This document shows positions 44,836 to 54,042 of a stretch of 56,090 nucleotides of DNA, in pieces; positions within the stretch are counted from its first letter, which is position 1; each line of letters starts with the position of its first letter. Under the pieces are notes generated by a model that was given only the letters and a program-made list of their open reading frames with translations, made no database searches and had not been told where the DNA came from. Both the position numbers and the translations under genes were made by a program. This DNA is from a virus (taxonomy: Duplodnaviria; Caudoviricetes): positions 1-56,090 of the IMG/VR virus record IMGVR_UViG_3300020045_019291; one strand, given 5' to 3'.

Positions 44836-45779
44836 TATGGCAAGTCTACTTTATTGGCGGCTGCCGGAGTTTTTGAAGACAATTCCCTTTTCTTGTCTTC
44901 GAAAACGGTGTAGGTATCGGTGTCTTCTTCCGGGATTTCGGTTTTCAGTTTTTCAAGGGCTTCCAATGTTTTGGCTTGGTTGATCCTGATAAGCAGTTTG
45001 GCGGAATCTACTTTTTCTTCTTTCTTCTTCCCGTCCACTTTTTTGGCCCTGAAAATCAATTCGGCTGTGGAGTCTCCGTCTTTTATTGATTGGGCAAAAC
45101 CGATAAGTGTTACCAGGTCATCACTTGTAATATTGGACGTGGTTGGTTTTCCAAGCGTTTCCAAAACTTCCTGTTCCGTTACCCCATAAGTGTTTTTGAA
45201 CCCTTCCAAAACGGTATTTCTTTTTTTGATGAATTTGGTTTCATCCGATATGTCTCCAGTAATGAGTTGTTTTGCAGATTTTGCCACTTTGTCAACGACG
45301 GCTTTTGGAATGACTTTCAGGATCGCGTTTCGCAAAGAAATAGAATTGGCAGCATTACCAGTAACGGTGATCATATCGTCGTTCATTCGCCCTGTTCTGG
45401 TCATTATGGATCGTTTTACCTCTACTTTGATGGCTATGTTTTTTTCCAAGTCAAAACAAACGGCTTGCGAAGTGAGGCTTTTGTTATCTATTGAAGATAT
45501 TTTGGCTTCAATACGTAAATTGCCCCAATTTTGGGCCAGAATCAATGCCAAATGGACAGAAGGCCCGGTTATTGTTTTTCCGCCTCTAGGCAAAGCGTAA
45601 CTACAGGAAGAGGCTGTTTCTAAATCCAAAGTTGCCGTGAAGATTGAATCTTCCACTGATTTCTTTAAATCTCTTGGATAAGCTTTTGCTGTTGCAATTT
45701 GGGTATCAATTTGGGCTTTGTCTTGTTGATAAATAAGTTCTGTGCCTACTTGTTCCACGGTTATGATATCTGCTTCCAT
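44835..45779 (-). CDS. Putative single-strand annealing / recombination protein
   Basis: DTQIATAKAYPRD, Y.LPRGGK.I.GPS..LA...WGN, RNAIL.VIP motifs; coupled to the nuclease gene; ATG MEADII at 45779. Function inferred from context. Confidence 0.5.
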   Translation of the reverse strand: MEADIITVEQVGTELIYQQDKAQIDTQIATAKAYPRDLKKSVEDSIFTATLDLETASSCSYALPRGGKTITGPSVHLALILAQNWGNLRIEAKISSIDNKSLTSQAVCFDLEKNIAIKVEVKRSIMTRTGRMNDDMITVTGNAANSISLRNAILKVIPKAVVDKVAKSAKQLITGDISDETKFIKKRNTVLEGFKNTYGVTEQEVLETLGKPTTSNITSDDLVTLIGFAQSIKDGDSTAELIFRAKKVDGKKKEEKVDSAKLLIRINQAKTLEALEKLKTEIPEEDTDTYTVFEDKKRELSSKTPAAANKVDLP

Positions 45780-46027
45780 TGTTTTACTTTTTTGATGTTG
45801 GTTGAATGATGGGTTAGTTTGTATTTGTCGGCAATAATTTCGGCGGTTTCTTTCACGCATTGCTCGTCTGTGAAGTAGAATGTTTTCTTTTCGGTGTCGA
45901 TAAACAGCGTGTCGGCCAATTCGTCTGGCGAAACGCATTCGTCCAATTCTTCAAATCCTTTTTCTAATAATTCAGAAGCTATGTCGTGCAGCTTTTCTGT
46001 GGCAACGTAAAATCGGTTATTGTTCAT
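45761..46027 (-). CDS. Hypothetical protein
   Basis: ATG ORF overlapping both neighbours. Confidence 0.6.
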   Translation of the reverse strand: MNNNRFYVATEKLHDIASELLEKGFEELDECVSPDELADTLFIDTEKKTFYFTDEQCVKETAEIIADKYKLTHHSTNIKKVKQWKQIS

Positions 46028-46286
46028 TTTTTATGTATTTATTGTAATTAGTTTCAGAAATCAGCCAGCTCTTGCCTGTTTTAGCGGCGGCTATCAGCCC
46101 AAGGCGAATGTGCTTTCTGATTGTTTGGGGTTCTCTTTTTGACAAGGCAGCCACTTCGTTGACGGTGTACTGCGTTTCTTCTTCGGGAGGTGGTTTCTTT
46201 TCAGACTTTTTTTTGTCTTGAATTACTACCACTCTTTCGGCAATGGCATCCAGATGTTCATCCGAAAGTTTAAATATTACATCCAT
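46017..46286 (-). CDS. Excisionase-like HTH protein
   Basis: YTVNEVA.L....QTIR.HI..G.I.A.K.GKSWLI (HTH_17-like). Confidence 0.8.
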   Translation of the reverse strand: MDVIFKLSDEHLDAIAERVVVIQDKKKSEKKPPPEEETQYTVNEVAALSKREPQTIRKHIRLGLIAAAKTGKSWLISETNYNKYIKNEQ

Positions 46287-46287
46287 A

Positions 46288-46313
46288 AGTATAAATAATT
46301 TGTATTAATAGTG
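46288..46313. promoter_or_regulatory. Recurrent motif directly upstream of the excisionase-like gene
   Basis: AGTATAAATAATTTGTATTAATAGTG. Confidence 0.55.
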
Positions 46314-46330
46314 TGTTTATTTGTTATTTC

Positions 46331-46522
46331 TTAGGCAAAAAAAATAGCCTCTGGTTCTGTTTCGGTTTTTTGGTTTAATTTCAGTATTTCCTCAAATGAC
46401 ATATAACTAAGATCGTCAACTGGATTAATGGTGTGGTAGGTCTCGATAGAGGTGCAATCCATTGGGATAAAATTATTTACAAACTTCTTGTTAATCATCA
46501 ACATAATATCTAATACTCCCAT
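46331..46522 (-). CDS. Hypothetical protein
   Basis: Short ATG ORF divergent from the repressor. Confidence 0.4.
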   Translation of the reverse strand: MGVLDIMLMINKKFVNNFIPMDCTSIETYHTINPVDDLSYMSFEEILKLNQKTETEPEAIFFA

Positions 46523-46668
46523 AGTGCGCTATTTTTTTAATTACGAAAACAACTACAAACTAATAATCATCTTGTTTTTTAGATATTATAAAACAAAGCT
46601 GTATATTTGTTTATATATGTTTTTGTTACGGCAAATAAAAGATAAAATTTAGACCCTCGCAAATAAAA

Positions 46669-47034
46669 ATGGACAAAATTTCGACCACCAAGAAAAATAT
46701 ATTGAAATATATTGAAAGTCAAGGAATTACTAAGAAGGATTTTTTTCAATCCATAGGAATTAGTGAATCTAATTTTAAAGGAAAAGGGTTGCATAGCGAA
46801 ATAGGAAGCGATAAATTAGTCAAAATATTGACTGCTTATCCAGATATTAACGTTGAATGGCTTTTAACTGGAGAAGGAAATATGTTAAAAAATATAAATA
46901 ATGACTATAAAGATGGAGAGATGTCTTCAGACTTATTAAAAGAACCTGAAAGTTTTTTAAAAAAACGCATTAGATTTTTAGAAATAAGTAATGAATTAAT
47001 GAGTCAAGAAATTGAACGTTTGAGAAAAAAATAA
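46669..47034 (+). CDS. CI-like repressor (HTH, no peptidase domain)
   Basis: YIESQGIT..DF..SIGIS.SNF, YPDINVEWLLTGEG.ML; TATATTTG promoter element at 46602-46609. Confidence 0.8.
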   Translation: MDKISTTKKNILKYIESQGITKKDFFQSIGISESNFKGKGLHSEIGSDKLVKILTAYPDINVEWLLTGEGNMLKNINNDYKDGEMSSDLLKEPESFLKKRIRFLEISNELMSQEIERLRKK

Positions 47035-47228
47035 ATTTTCAAAATTTTTAAGGTGAAAAATAAGTAGATAAATTTAAATTGTAACTGTAGAAAATAGGTC
47101 ATTTTATTAGTTTTAGATTTGTTATCTTTAAAATTAAGCAAACCCTAATATAATTTTTACGGGAAACCTCATTTTGAATTAAAATAAATAACAGAGTGTT
47201 AATTGTCAATTAATTAAAAAAATGCAAT

Positions 47229-47513
47229 ATGAAAAAAATATTTATTTTAATAAATGTATTCCTATTTTCGTGTTCTGGACCAGACGCCACGGCTCCGGTA
47301 ACGAGTACTTATAGCGTAGAACTTACCAATACGTGTCCCAATATAAATAAATCCTCTTATTGCGTCACAAAAGCCGTCCACGACCAAGTGTTAGCCGAAA
47401 TGAACAACAATCCAAACCAAGGGTGTGTTTATACTCAAATCAATACCATTAGCGATGGAGTTAGAAAAGGATATATTTTAAGCGTTGGCGTTGGTTGTAA
47501 TCAATCAAAATAA
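47229..47513 (+). CDS. Small lipoprotein, lysogeny-expressed candidate
   Basis: Signal peptide with LFSC lipobox; four further Cys. Confidence 0.65.
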   Translation: MKKIFILINVFLFSCSGPDATAPVTSTYSVELTNTCPNINKSSYCVTKAVHDQVLAEMNNNPNQGCVYTQINTISDGVRKGYILSVGVGCNQSK

Positions 47514-47609
47514 ATTACTAAAAGCATAATTAAAAAATAGCAGCGTCTAATATTTCTCACGAAATAAAGATGCTGCTATGTGTGTTTTTATATGTTTTTG
47601 TTGTATAGC

Positions 47610-47844
47610 TGTCGTATGGATTGTCGTTTAAAAAACTTAGTATAAAAAACAAAACCCCAGTGTTTACTGGGGTTTGAGAGGTTTTTAAACCTTTAAAAGT
47701 GACCTTGACTGGATTCGTAATTCATACTATTAATATATACAAACAAATAAAAACATATATAATTTATATTGATATGGTATAATTGTTTATATTTGCAGTA
47801 TTAATTATGTGTATTCGATATTTAATGTCGTGTGGATTGTCGTT
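47610..47844. other. attP region: tRNA 3'-end core flanked by arm-type direct repeats
   Basis: Core 47699-47717 reads CGAATCCAGTCAAGGTCAC on the minus strand (T-loop to discriminator of a tRNA); TGTCGTRTGGATTGTCGTT at 47610-47628 and 47826-47844. Confidence 0.75.
47652..47675 (-). terminator. Terminator that would follow the restored tRNA 3' end
   Basis: AAACCCCAGT-GTTT-ACTGGGGTTT with minus-strand T tract. Confidence 0.7.
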
Positions 47845-47914
47845 AAAGTTTTTCGATGCATATAAGTTAAAACGTTTTGGGAAAGGCGTTTTTTAATCAA
47901 ATCAAACGAAAACT

Positions 47915-49210
47915 ATGGCAACCTTAAAACTATTCATTTCGGGCAAGAAAAGCCCGTCGGAAATCAAAGTCAGATATTTGAATGGTCGCGCTATTGATAT
48001 TGTGGCGGGAACCAAATTGTTTATTTTGTCATCTGCCTGGGATGAAAAAAACCAGAAGATTAGAAACGTTATTTCGGTGCCGGATCGCGACAAACTGAAT
48101 TCAAAATTATTGGAATTGAAAAATCATATTTTCAATGCTTCAAATATGGATTTTACCGAGGGGGAAATCTTGAACAGGATTTGGCTGGAAAAATGTATTG
48201 CCAAATATTTCAATCGTCCGTCGAACGAACTTAAAAAAGCACCGGAATACCACAAGATTTACTTGACTGATTTTGCCGAATGGTGGCTTAAATACAAGGC
48301 TCCAAAATTCAAAGTTTCTGCCGAAAAATATATGGACGATACAACTATTCGCCATTATGAAATTTTGAAAAACCTGATCAAGAAATTTGAAGGGAAGGAC
48401 AAAATCAAGTTTTCTTTGATTGACGATGTTTTACTGGACAAGTTCTCGGAATTCTTGACGATTGAAAAATATGCCGAAAAAACAGCTAAGCGAATGATAG
48501 GAAGGTTCAAGTTTTTTTGCGGTCGAGCCGAAGCGGAAAATATCGTCATTAACAAGTCTTATGAGAATCGCGTTTTTGTAAAAAAAGCCGAGATTGAATA
48601 TAAAGAACCTTACTTTGACGAGATTGAAATAAACAAGATTTACAACCACGATTTTAGCCAAAATCAAACTTTGGACGATGTGAGAGACAATTTAATTATT
48701 GGACTTTGGACCGGATTAAGGGTTTCCGACTTTTTGAGCAGGTTGAAAATTGATAATTTCCACGATGATTTTATCGAGGTGCAGACCGAAAAAACAAAAA
48801 CTTTCGTGAGTATTCCAATTCATTGGATGGTTGCTGACATTTTAAAGAAAAGAAATGGTATTTTGCCGTCAAAAATAAGTGATCCAAAATTCAACAAGCA
48901 TATTAAAACGATTGCCAAAATTTTGAAATTTGATCAAATGATGATGGGCGGCGTTTCTACCGTGGATGAAAAGACGGGAATTAAAAGAAAAGTCGTAAAA
49001 TTGTACGAGAAAAACCAGCTCGTAACTAGTCATATTTGCCGCAGAAGTTTTGCGACAAATATATACGGGACTGTGCCAAACACAACTTTAATGGCAATAT
49101 GTGGCTGGGCTAGCGAAGAACAGATGCTTGATTACATCAAGAAAACGAACAGGGAACACGCAGAGACTTTGAAAAAAGTTTGGGATAACAAATACAATAA
49201 AGCAGTTTAA
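47915..49210 (+). CDS. Prophage integrase (Bacteroidota-type tyrosine recombinase with arm-binding and SAM-like domains)
   Basis: TGLRVSD, EKT, SHICRRSFATN, GW, Y.K; 431 aa next to attP; TATATTTG at 47788-47795. Confidence 0.9.
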   Translation: MATLKLFISGKKSPSEIKVRYLNGRAIDIVAGTKLFILSSAWDEKNQKIRNVISVPDRDKLNSKLLELKNHIFNASNMDFTEGEILNRIWLEKCIAKYFNRPSNELKKAPEYHKIYLTDFAEWWLKYKAPKFKVSAEKYMDDTTIRHYEILKNLIKKFEGKDKIKFSLIDDVLLDKFSEFLTIEKYAEKTAKRMIGRFKFFCGRAEAENIVINKSYENRVFVKKAEIEYKEPYFDEIEINKIYNHDFSQNQTLDDVRDNLIIGLWTGLRVSDFLSRLKIDNFHDDFIEVQTEKTKTFVSIPIHWMVADILKKRNGILPSKISDPKFNKHIKTIAKILKFDQMMMGGVSTVDEKTGIKRKVVKLYEKNQLVTSHICRRSFATNIYGTVPNTTLMAICGWASEEQMLDYIKKTNREHAETLKKVWDNKYNKAV

Positions 49211-49242
49211 ATAGGGAAATAACAACCAAAAACATAACGAAA

Positions 49243-49638
49243 ATGGAAACAACATTAATCGACAAACGAATTCCAGACGATGAAATAATCAAACAGCTTT
49301 TGGCTGAATTGCGTTATTCTGGATTAAAATTTTCTGAAAAATTAGGCTATAAAAGTGCCGCGACAATTCACCATATTTTGGCCAAAAGAAATTCTATAAG
49401 CGATGATCTTATAAACAACGTCATCAAGAATTTTCCTGAAGTAAATTATTGGTTCTTAAAAACGGGAAAACTTCCCATTATTCTTGACGAAAAACTATCC
49501 AAAAACCAAATGAATATCCTCGTAGGAAAACAGGAAAGTAAAAACGCTCCTGATTACAGTCTGGAAATGTTTGCCACGATGAAAAACATTGAAGTTATAC
49601 TGGGCAAGATTCTGGAGAATTTGGAAAGTAAAAAATGA
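49243..49638 (+). CDS. Second HTH regulator
   Basis: FSEKLGY....IHHIL, FPEVNYWFLKTG pattern similar to the CI-like protein. Confidence 0.7.
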   Translation: METTLIDKRIPDDEIIKQLLAELRYSGLKFSEKLGYKSAATIHHILAKRNSISDDLINNVIKNFPEVNYWFLKTGKLPIILDEKLSKNQMNILVGKQESKNAPDYSLEMFATMKNIEVILGKILENLESKK

Positions 49639-49640
49639 GT

Positions 49641-49678
49641 ATAAAAAAAGCCTTCCATTTCTGGAAGGCTTTTTTTAT
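49641..49678. terminator. Bidirectional terminator
   Basis: Perfect 17-bp inverted repeat ATAAAAAAAGCCTTCCA/TGGAAGGCTTTTTTTAT. Confidence 0.85.
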
Positions 49679-49680
49679 AT

Positions 49681-50064
49681 CTATGTGAATGGAATAGGAA
49701 GTATATCTTGTGGAAAAATCCATATCCAATAAATATTAAAATCATCAATTAATTGGCTTTTTGCTGGATAATACTCTACTGCTGTAACTTCTTCGCCAAA
49801 TATTTCATTTTTTATTTTTTGAATTTCTGACCAGTGATTTAAAATAGGTGTATTGTTATGTTTTTGAATCATTACACGAATTGCACAACCTTGATTAGTT
49901 AGAGAATTATCATAAATCATTACTGTGTATCTTGTATTTCTAAATGCCCTTGTCATTCCTTTTGGAATAAAAGAAGCTGTTTCTAAATCAATTTCTTTGA
50001 AATTAGTAACTGGGAGTTTAAACATTTTTTGTGCTGCTATTCTCCGTTGTCTATCTGTGCTCAT
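49681..50064 (-). CDS. Conserved-type phage hypothetical protein
   Basis: W.EIQ.IKNE.FG.E..AVEYYP..S.L.D..N motif. Confidence 0.75.
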   Translation of the reverse strand: MSTDRQRRIAAQKMFKLPVTNFKEIDLETASFIPKGMTRAFRNTRYTVMIYDNSLTNQGCAIRVMIQKHNNTPILNHWSEIQKIKNEIFGEEVTAVEYYPAKSQLIDDFNIYWIWIFPQDILPIPFT

Positions 50065-50070
50065 AATTTT

Positions 50071-50289
50071 CTAATTTTCTTGATATTTAATTTCTGAATT
50101 TAAGGCGGCTAGAATTTTCCCCATCATATCAATGGTTATTCCTTTGCGATTGCCTGTTTCGATTTCTCGAATATAGGTGTTCTTTCTATTTCCAAAAACT
50201 TCTTCGGAAATGTCAGGGATAGATTTTCCCAACGCCTGGCGTTTCTCCTTGATAAATTGCGCAAAAATTTCTATTGCTGTTTCTGGCAT
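50071..50289 (-). CDS. XRE-family HTH protein
   Basis: IKEKRQALGKS......YI.EIE.G.R..ITID....I..AL. Confidence 0.8.
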   Translation of the reverse strand: MPETAIEIFAQFIKEKRQALGKSIPDISEEVFGNRKNTYIREIETGNRKGITIDMMGKILAALNSEIKYQEN

Positions 50290-50295
50290 CGTGAT

Positions 50296-50478
50296 TTAGA
50301 TTTTAGAGTTGCAGCGGTTTAAAATTCCGGCTGCAACCTCGATTATTTGCTTGTTTTTGTACACATTCCTGACCGTAACCGCATTGGTTTGAAGCTTGGT
50401 GATCTCGGTGCGCTGGGTGATCCTTAAAAGCTTGTTTAAGGACGTTTTTAAACTGAATTGTTTTATGTATGATTGCAT
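50296..50478 (-). CDS. Hypothetical protein
   Basis: ORF in the early operon, probable ATG MQSYIK; minus-strand TAACTTTG at 50519-50526 upstream. Confidence 0.45.
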   Translation of the reverse strand: MQSYIKQFSLKTSLNKLLRITQRTEITKLQTNAVTVRNVYKNKQIIEVAAGILNRCNSKI

Positions 50479-50572
50479 CTTTTTTGAATTTAGATTAACA
50501 AACCCCGGCAACTATTGCCAAAGTTAATAAAATAACGATTAAAATTATGGACTGTTTTTTGCTCATTTTGGA

Positions 50573-50845
50573 TTAGTTTTTAAGTATTTCTTTAATATTC
50601 AACGGGTAAAAATTGCCTTCGTGCTTGAAGCATTTCTGGCTTTTTATTTTTTCGTCCACAAAATTGCGGGTTTTGATAAGTTCGTCCAGCATTTCTGCCA
50701 TCAAAGCTTTGGCGAGTCCTTCAGATAGTCCTAAAAGTCCAAGTTTTGCCTTTACTATCAAATATACGGTTCTGTCTTTTTGAACAGGTGTAAGGCTTGA
50801 AAAGTACCGCAAGCCTTGTTGTTTCATTGCTATTGAAGTATTCAT
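50573..50845 (-). CDS. Hypothetical protein
   Basis: ATG ORF in the packed early operon. Confidence 0.6.
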   Translation of the reverse strand: MNTSIAMKQQGLRYFSSLTPVQKDRTVYLIVKAKLGLLGLSEGLAKALMAEMLDELIKTRNFVDEKIKSQKCFKHEGNFYPLNIKEILKN

Positions 50846-50848
50846 AAA

Positions 50849-51151
50849 TTACTGGTTTTTGATGTTTTCTAATAATTCCTGTTTTACGTGGCTGGCACTT
50901 CTCCAGTTTGCGGAGAAGTTAACGGGCATATTGCCGTAAATGTCAATCACGTTAAAAAGTATTTCCTTGTTTTTGTTTGCTGCGATCAAAACGATATAAG
51001 GGCCAATTTGAGTAGTATATTCTGGCTCAAATTTTATTTTCCTGTCCTCGTTAAGCATATCCAGCAAATCATTTGCTTTTTTGTCAATGATTTCGTCATA
51101 GTCTGGTTCTACAAAGTCAAATAATCCTAATTGGTTTATAATTGTTTTCAT
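50849..51151 (-). CDS. Hypothetical protein
   Basis: ATG ORF in the packed early operon. Confidence 0.6.
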   Translation of the reverse strand: MKTIINQLGLFDFVEPDYDEIIDKKANDLLDMLNEDRKIKFEPEYTTQIGPYIVLIAANKNKEILFNVIDIYGNMPVNFSANWRSASHVKQELLENIKNQ

Positions 51152-51155
51152 TTGT

Positions 51156-51347
51156 TTACGATATTGGTCTTTCCAGTCCTAACTCAATACCTAAATCAAT
51201 GGCATCGTGCAAATCGTGTTCGCTTTCGATCAAACTTTCGCTGTCATCGTCGAAGAGTTTGTATATCTCCGTTGTTCCTTCCTTGTATAGCTCTTTGGCT
51301 TTGGCAGGGTTTATGATTTCCCAATAAAAATTTTGTGGCTTTTTCAT
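51156..51347 (-). CDS. Hypothetical protein
   Basis: ATG ORF with Y.L.DDDSESLIE motif. Confidence 0.6.
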   Translation of the reverse strand: MKKPQNFYWEIINPAKAKELYKEGTTEIYKLFDDDSESLIESEHDLHDAIDLGIELGLERPIS

Positions 51348-51379
51348 TTTTTTTATACTATTAATAGTTAAAATTTATA

Positions 51380-52996
51380 TTAAAATAACTCTGGGTTTAA
51401 AACGAAAGTTTTTAAAACGATTGGTTTTACCTTCATTTCGTGCGTTGGGCGTGGCTTTGGTTGTGCTGCCGCTTTTTCTTTTTGTCGCTCGGTGCGCTTG
51501 TCTGGTGCTTTCTCGAAAAGCGGATAGCCTTTTAGTTTTGCAACTCTTTGGTTAAACCTTCCCCAAAGTTCACGATCCAAAAATTCAAAATGAATTGTTC
51601 CTTTTTTGAAACATTTTATGTTGAAATAACCCCATTTTGTCCATTGCCCCCATTCTGTTTTTGAATCTTCAATAGTGGCGTTAATTCCTTTGCTTGTTAA
51701 ATTGTCTCTTCGTATTGCTGCTCTTTGATACTCGTCAAAATTATCTTCATAACTGCCGTAACTACCATTATGCAGTACTTTGTATCTGTAGGTAATTTGA
51801 TGTTTCAATGATAATTTATCGTCATAATTATCGCCAGTTACAAAACAAATTGCTTTTACCAAATCTTCCATTCTTTCGAAGTTTCCCCAAGAGCAATCGT
51901 CCACTTGTCCGCTATAACCCACTTTTACCATATCGGGAATGATAAATTTTTGATTCAACAAATAATGGCTATTTGTCTTCCAGCCTTCAACATTAAAACG
52001 GTTGTCGTGGTAATGTTCCGTAACCTTGTCGAACACCTCTAAAATGGCTTTATCCATTGTTTGTTCCTGTGTTTGTACCACATTGGCAAGCATCACGTAA
52101 ATATTGCGCATAGTAAAAGGGATCTCTGTTTTTTCTTCAACAAATTTGTTAATGTCGTCACGCATTCCCCTGGTGGCGTATTTCTGCATATTCATTTTGG
52201 CAAAAATAAATTTCCAGCCGCTTTTTTGCATTTCTTTCTTGAAAGAGGCTCTTTCGATTGGTTTTTTGTCATTGGTAATACTCATACCCATTTGAACCGA
52301 AAAATAGCCTTTTGTCAATTGGTTCATTTTTTCGGCTTCTTCCAGTTGACGATCAAAAATTTTGATACTGGCAACGTATCTATTAACCAAGTCGCGAACA
52401 AAATTATAGCTCATTATTCCTTCCCCGTCCGGCTCTTCTTCCTCGTCCAAGAAAAAACCTTCGAACTCCGTGGAATAGCTGGCGCCGGGTTTTTGTAAAA
52501 TGATCAATCCAATTTCAACGCCTGTTTCACGTTCCGAATTTTCAAAACAATTACCCAAATTTTTGAAGCTGCCGTATAAGTCAATATTGTTTTTTAGTTC
52601 TTTTCGGGCTTGGGTGTGGGTGTTTTTAATTGTATTTGCATTACATAAAGCAATGATTTTGCAGCCAGCCGGGGCAATGGCGAAAGCGTGTGTAATATGC
52701 TTTTCGTCTGCGCTAAATGGTGGATTCATCACAATTAAATCAATGTGCGAAATCGTGGAACTTTCAAGGTTTAAAAAATCAGATTCTAAAAACCTTGCTT
52801 TTTGGCTTGAAATGTGCGCCAAGTCTTCATTTGATTCGCAAAATAAAACCTCTTTAGCTCCGTAAAGGGTCAAATAATCAATTATATTTCCCTTTCCTGC
52901 GGATGGTTCCAAAATGGTTTTATTTTCTATCTCGATGCCTTCCAGCATTTGATAAATCACGTCTTCGGGCGTTGGGTAAAAGTCTGGATTGAACAT
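51380..52996 (-). CDS. Amino-methyltransferase with DUF4942-like C-terminal domain
   Basis: DFYPTP, ILEPSAGKG, IVMNPPF; C-terminal WKTN...K.IIP and YF.IKCFKKGTIH.EF. Confidence 0.85.
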   Translation of the reverse strand: MFNPDFYPTPEDVIYQMLEGIEIENKTILEPSAGKGNIIDYLTLYGAKEVLFCESNEDLAHISSQKARFLESDFLNLESSTISHIDLIVMNPPFSADEKHITHAFAIAPAGCKIIALCNANTIKNTHTQARKELKNNIDLYGSFKNLGNCFENSERETGVEIGLIILQKPGASYSTEFEGFFLDEEEEPDGEGIMSYNFVRDLVNRYVASIKIFDRQLEEAEKMNQLTKGYFSVQMGMSITNDKKPIERASFKKEMQKSGWKFIFAKMNMQKYATRGMRDDINKFVEEKTEIPFTMRNIYVMLANVVQTQEQTMDKAILEVFDKVTEHYHDNRFNVEGWKTNSHYLLNQKFIIPDMVKVGYSGQVDDCSWGNFERMEDLVKAICFVTGDNYDDKLSLKHQITYRYKVLHNGSYGSYEDNFDEYQRAAIRRDNLTSKGINATIEDSKTEWGQWTKWGYFNIKCFKKGTIHFEFLDRELWGRFNQRVAKLKGYPLFEKAPDKRTERQKEKAAAQPKPRPTHEMKVKPIVLKTFVLNPELF

Positions 52997-53000
52997 AGGA

Positions 53001-53237
53001 TTAAAATTTAATGCGTTTTTCTTGTGTTGCTAATACTCCAAAGAAATAACAGTTCATTTCTTCGAAAGTCATAAAATTAGTTTTCGTGGAAATTGAATTT
53101 CCCTCTTGTTTTTCTGCAATTGCAAAAGTTTTACCTTTAATTTCATCACTTTTGATAAAAAGATTTTCATTTTTAGTAACCATTTTTAAAAAATTGGTTA
53201 GTGCTTCTTTTTGCTGGGTAAAATTCAATTTTTTCAT
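53001..53237 (-). CDS. Hypothetical protein
   Basis: ATG ORF in the early region. Confidence 0.6.
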   Translation of the reverse strand: MKKLNFTQQKEALTNFLKMVTKNENLFIKSDEIKGKTFAIAEKQEGNSISTKTNFMTFEEMNCYFFGVLATQEKRIKF

Positions 53238-53326
53238 TTTAGATCTGTATTAAGATTGATAAAAAAAATACCGTGAAAACTGCCAAAGAAATAAGGCAGT
53301 TTGTTTGTGTTGGGTTCTTCATAAGG

Positions 53327-53734
53327 TTAGTCTTTGAAAAGTTGACAAATTGCCTTGAATTCAGGTAACGTTAAATCCCTGATGCCTTCAAGCTTTAATT
53401 TAGCTTGTATAGCATCAAAACCGCAGCCGTTTAGGTCTGTGTCAAAAACTTTTATTTGTTTTTGCATTTGCTCTAATTGGTTGGGCGTTGCGTGTTCTTT
53501 GTAGAGTAAAACGGTGGCGTTTGCGCTCTGGGCTAGTGGTGTGTTTAATTTTTCTTTATATTTCAAAGAAATAATTAAATCGCTATCCGAAGGCAAAATT
53601 TGTTCAAATAAACACCATTGCGGGCGGTTGTATCCTTCTACGTCGCATAAGCCATTCATTGTGTCAAAATTTACATTTTGTAAATCATAAATTTTGCCGT
53701 TTGAAATACCAGTATATTTATTTTCAGTTTTCAT
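53327..53734 (-). CDS. Hypothetical protein
   Basis: ATG ORF in the early region. Confidence 0.6.
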   Translation of the reverse strand: MKTENKYTGISNGKIYDLQNVNFDTMNGLCDVEGYNRPQWCLFEQILPSDSDLIISLKYKEKLNTPLAQSANATVLLYKEHATPNQLEQMQKQIKVFDTDLNGCGFDAIQAKLKLEGIRDLTLPEFKAICQLFKD

Positions 53735-53739
53735 TTTAG

Positions 53740-54027
53740 TTAATTTTTAAAATCGTTTCTATCTTCTTCCGTGAAATCTCCCGTTAAAAATCCCATTCCG
53801 TCATCGTCGTGGGTTTTATAATCTGGCTCTTTTAGTCTTTCGCTTAGGAAATCATAAATTTCTGAACTGTCTATGTCGTTATCTTGAAAAGCATCGAAAA
53901 CAAATACTGTGAGAGCGTCGGCAAGCGTTGTTAATGGGTTTTCTTCATCATAATCAGGAAAATCCATAAAAGCATTTTTACATAGTAAATTAGCTCGGTC
54001 TATGATTGTTTTTTCTATTGGGTTCAT
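53740..54027 (-). CDS. Very acidic hypothetical protein (possible DNA mimic)
   Basis: Asp/Glu-rich 95 aa ORF in the early region; function speculative. Confidence 0.55.
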   Translation of the reverse strand: MNPIEKTIIDRANLLCKNAFMDFPDYDEENPLTTLADALTVFVFDAFQDNDIDSSEIYDFLSERLKEPDYKTHDDDGMGFLTGDFTEEDRNDFKN

Positions 54028-54042
54028 TTTGTGAGTTTTTAA

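Noticed and set aside
47699-47717. A second tRNA gene
   Set aside because: Only the 3' 19 nt are present; interpreted as the attP core
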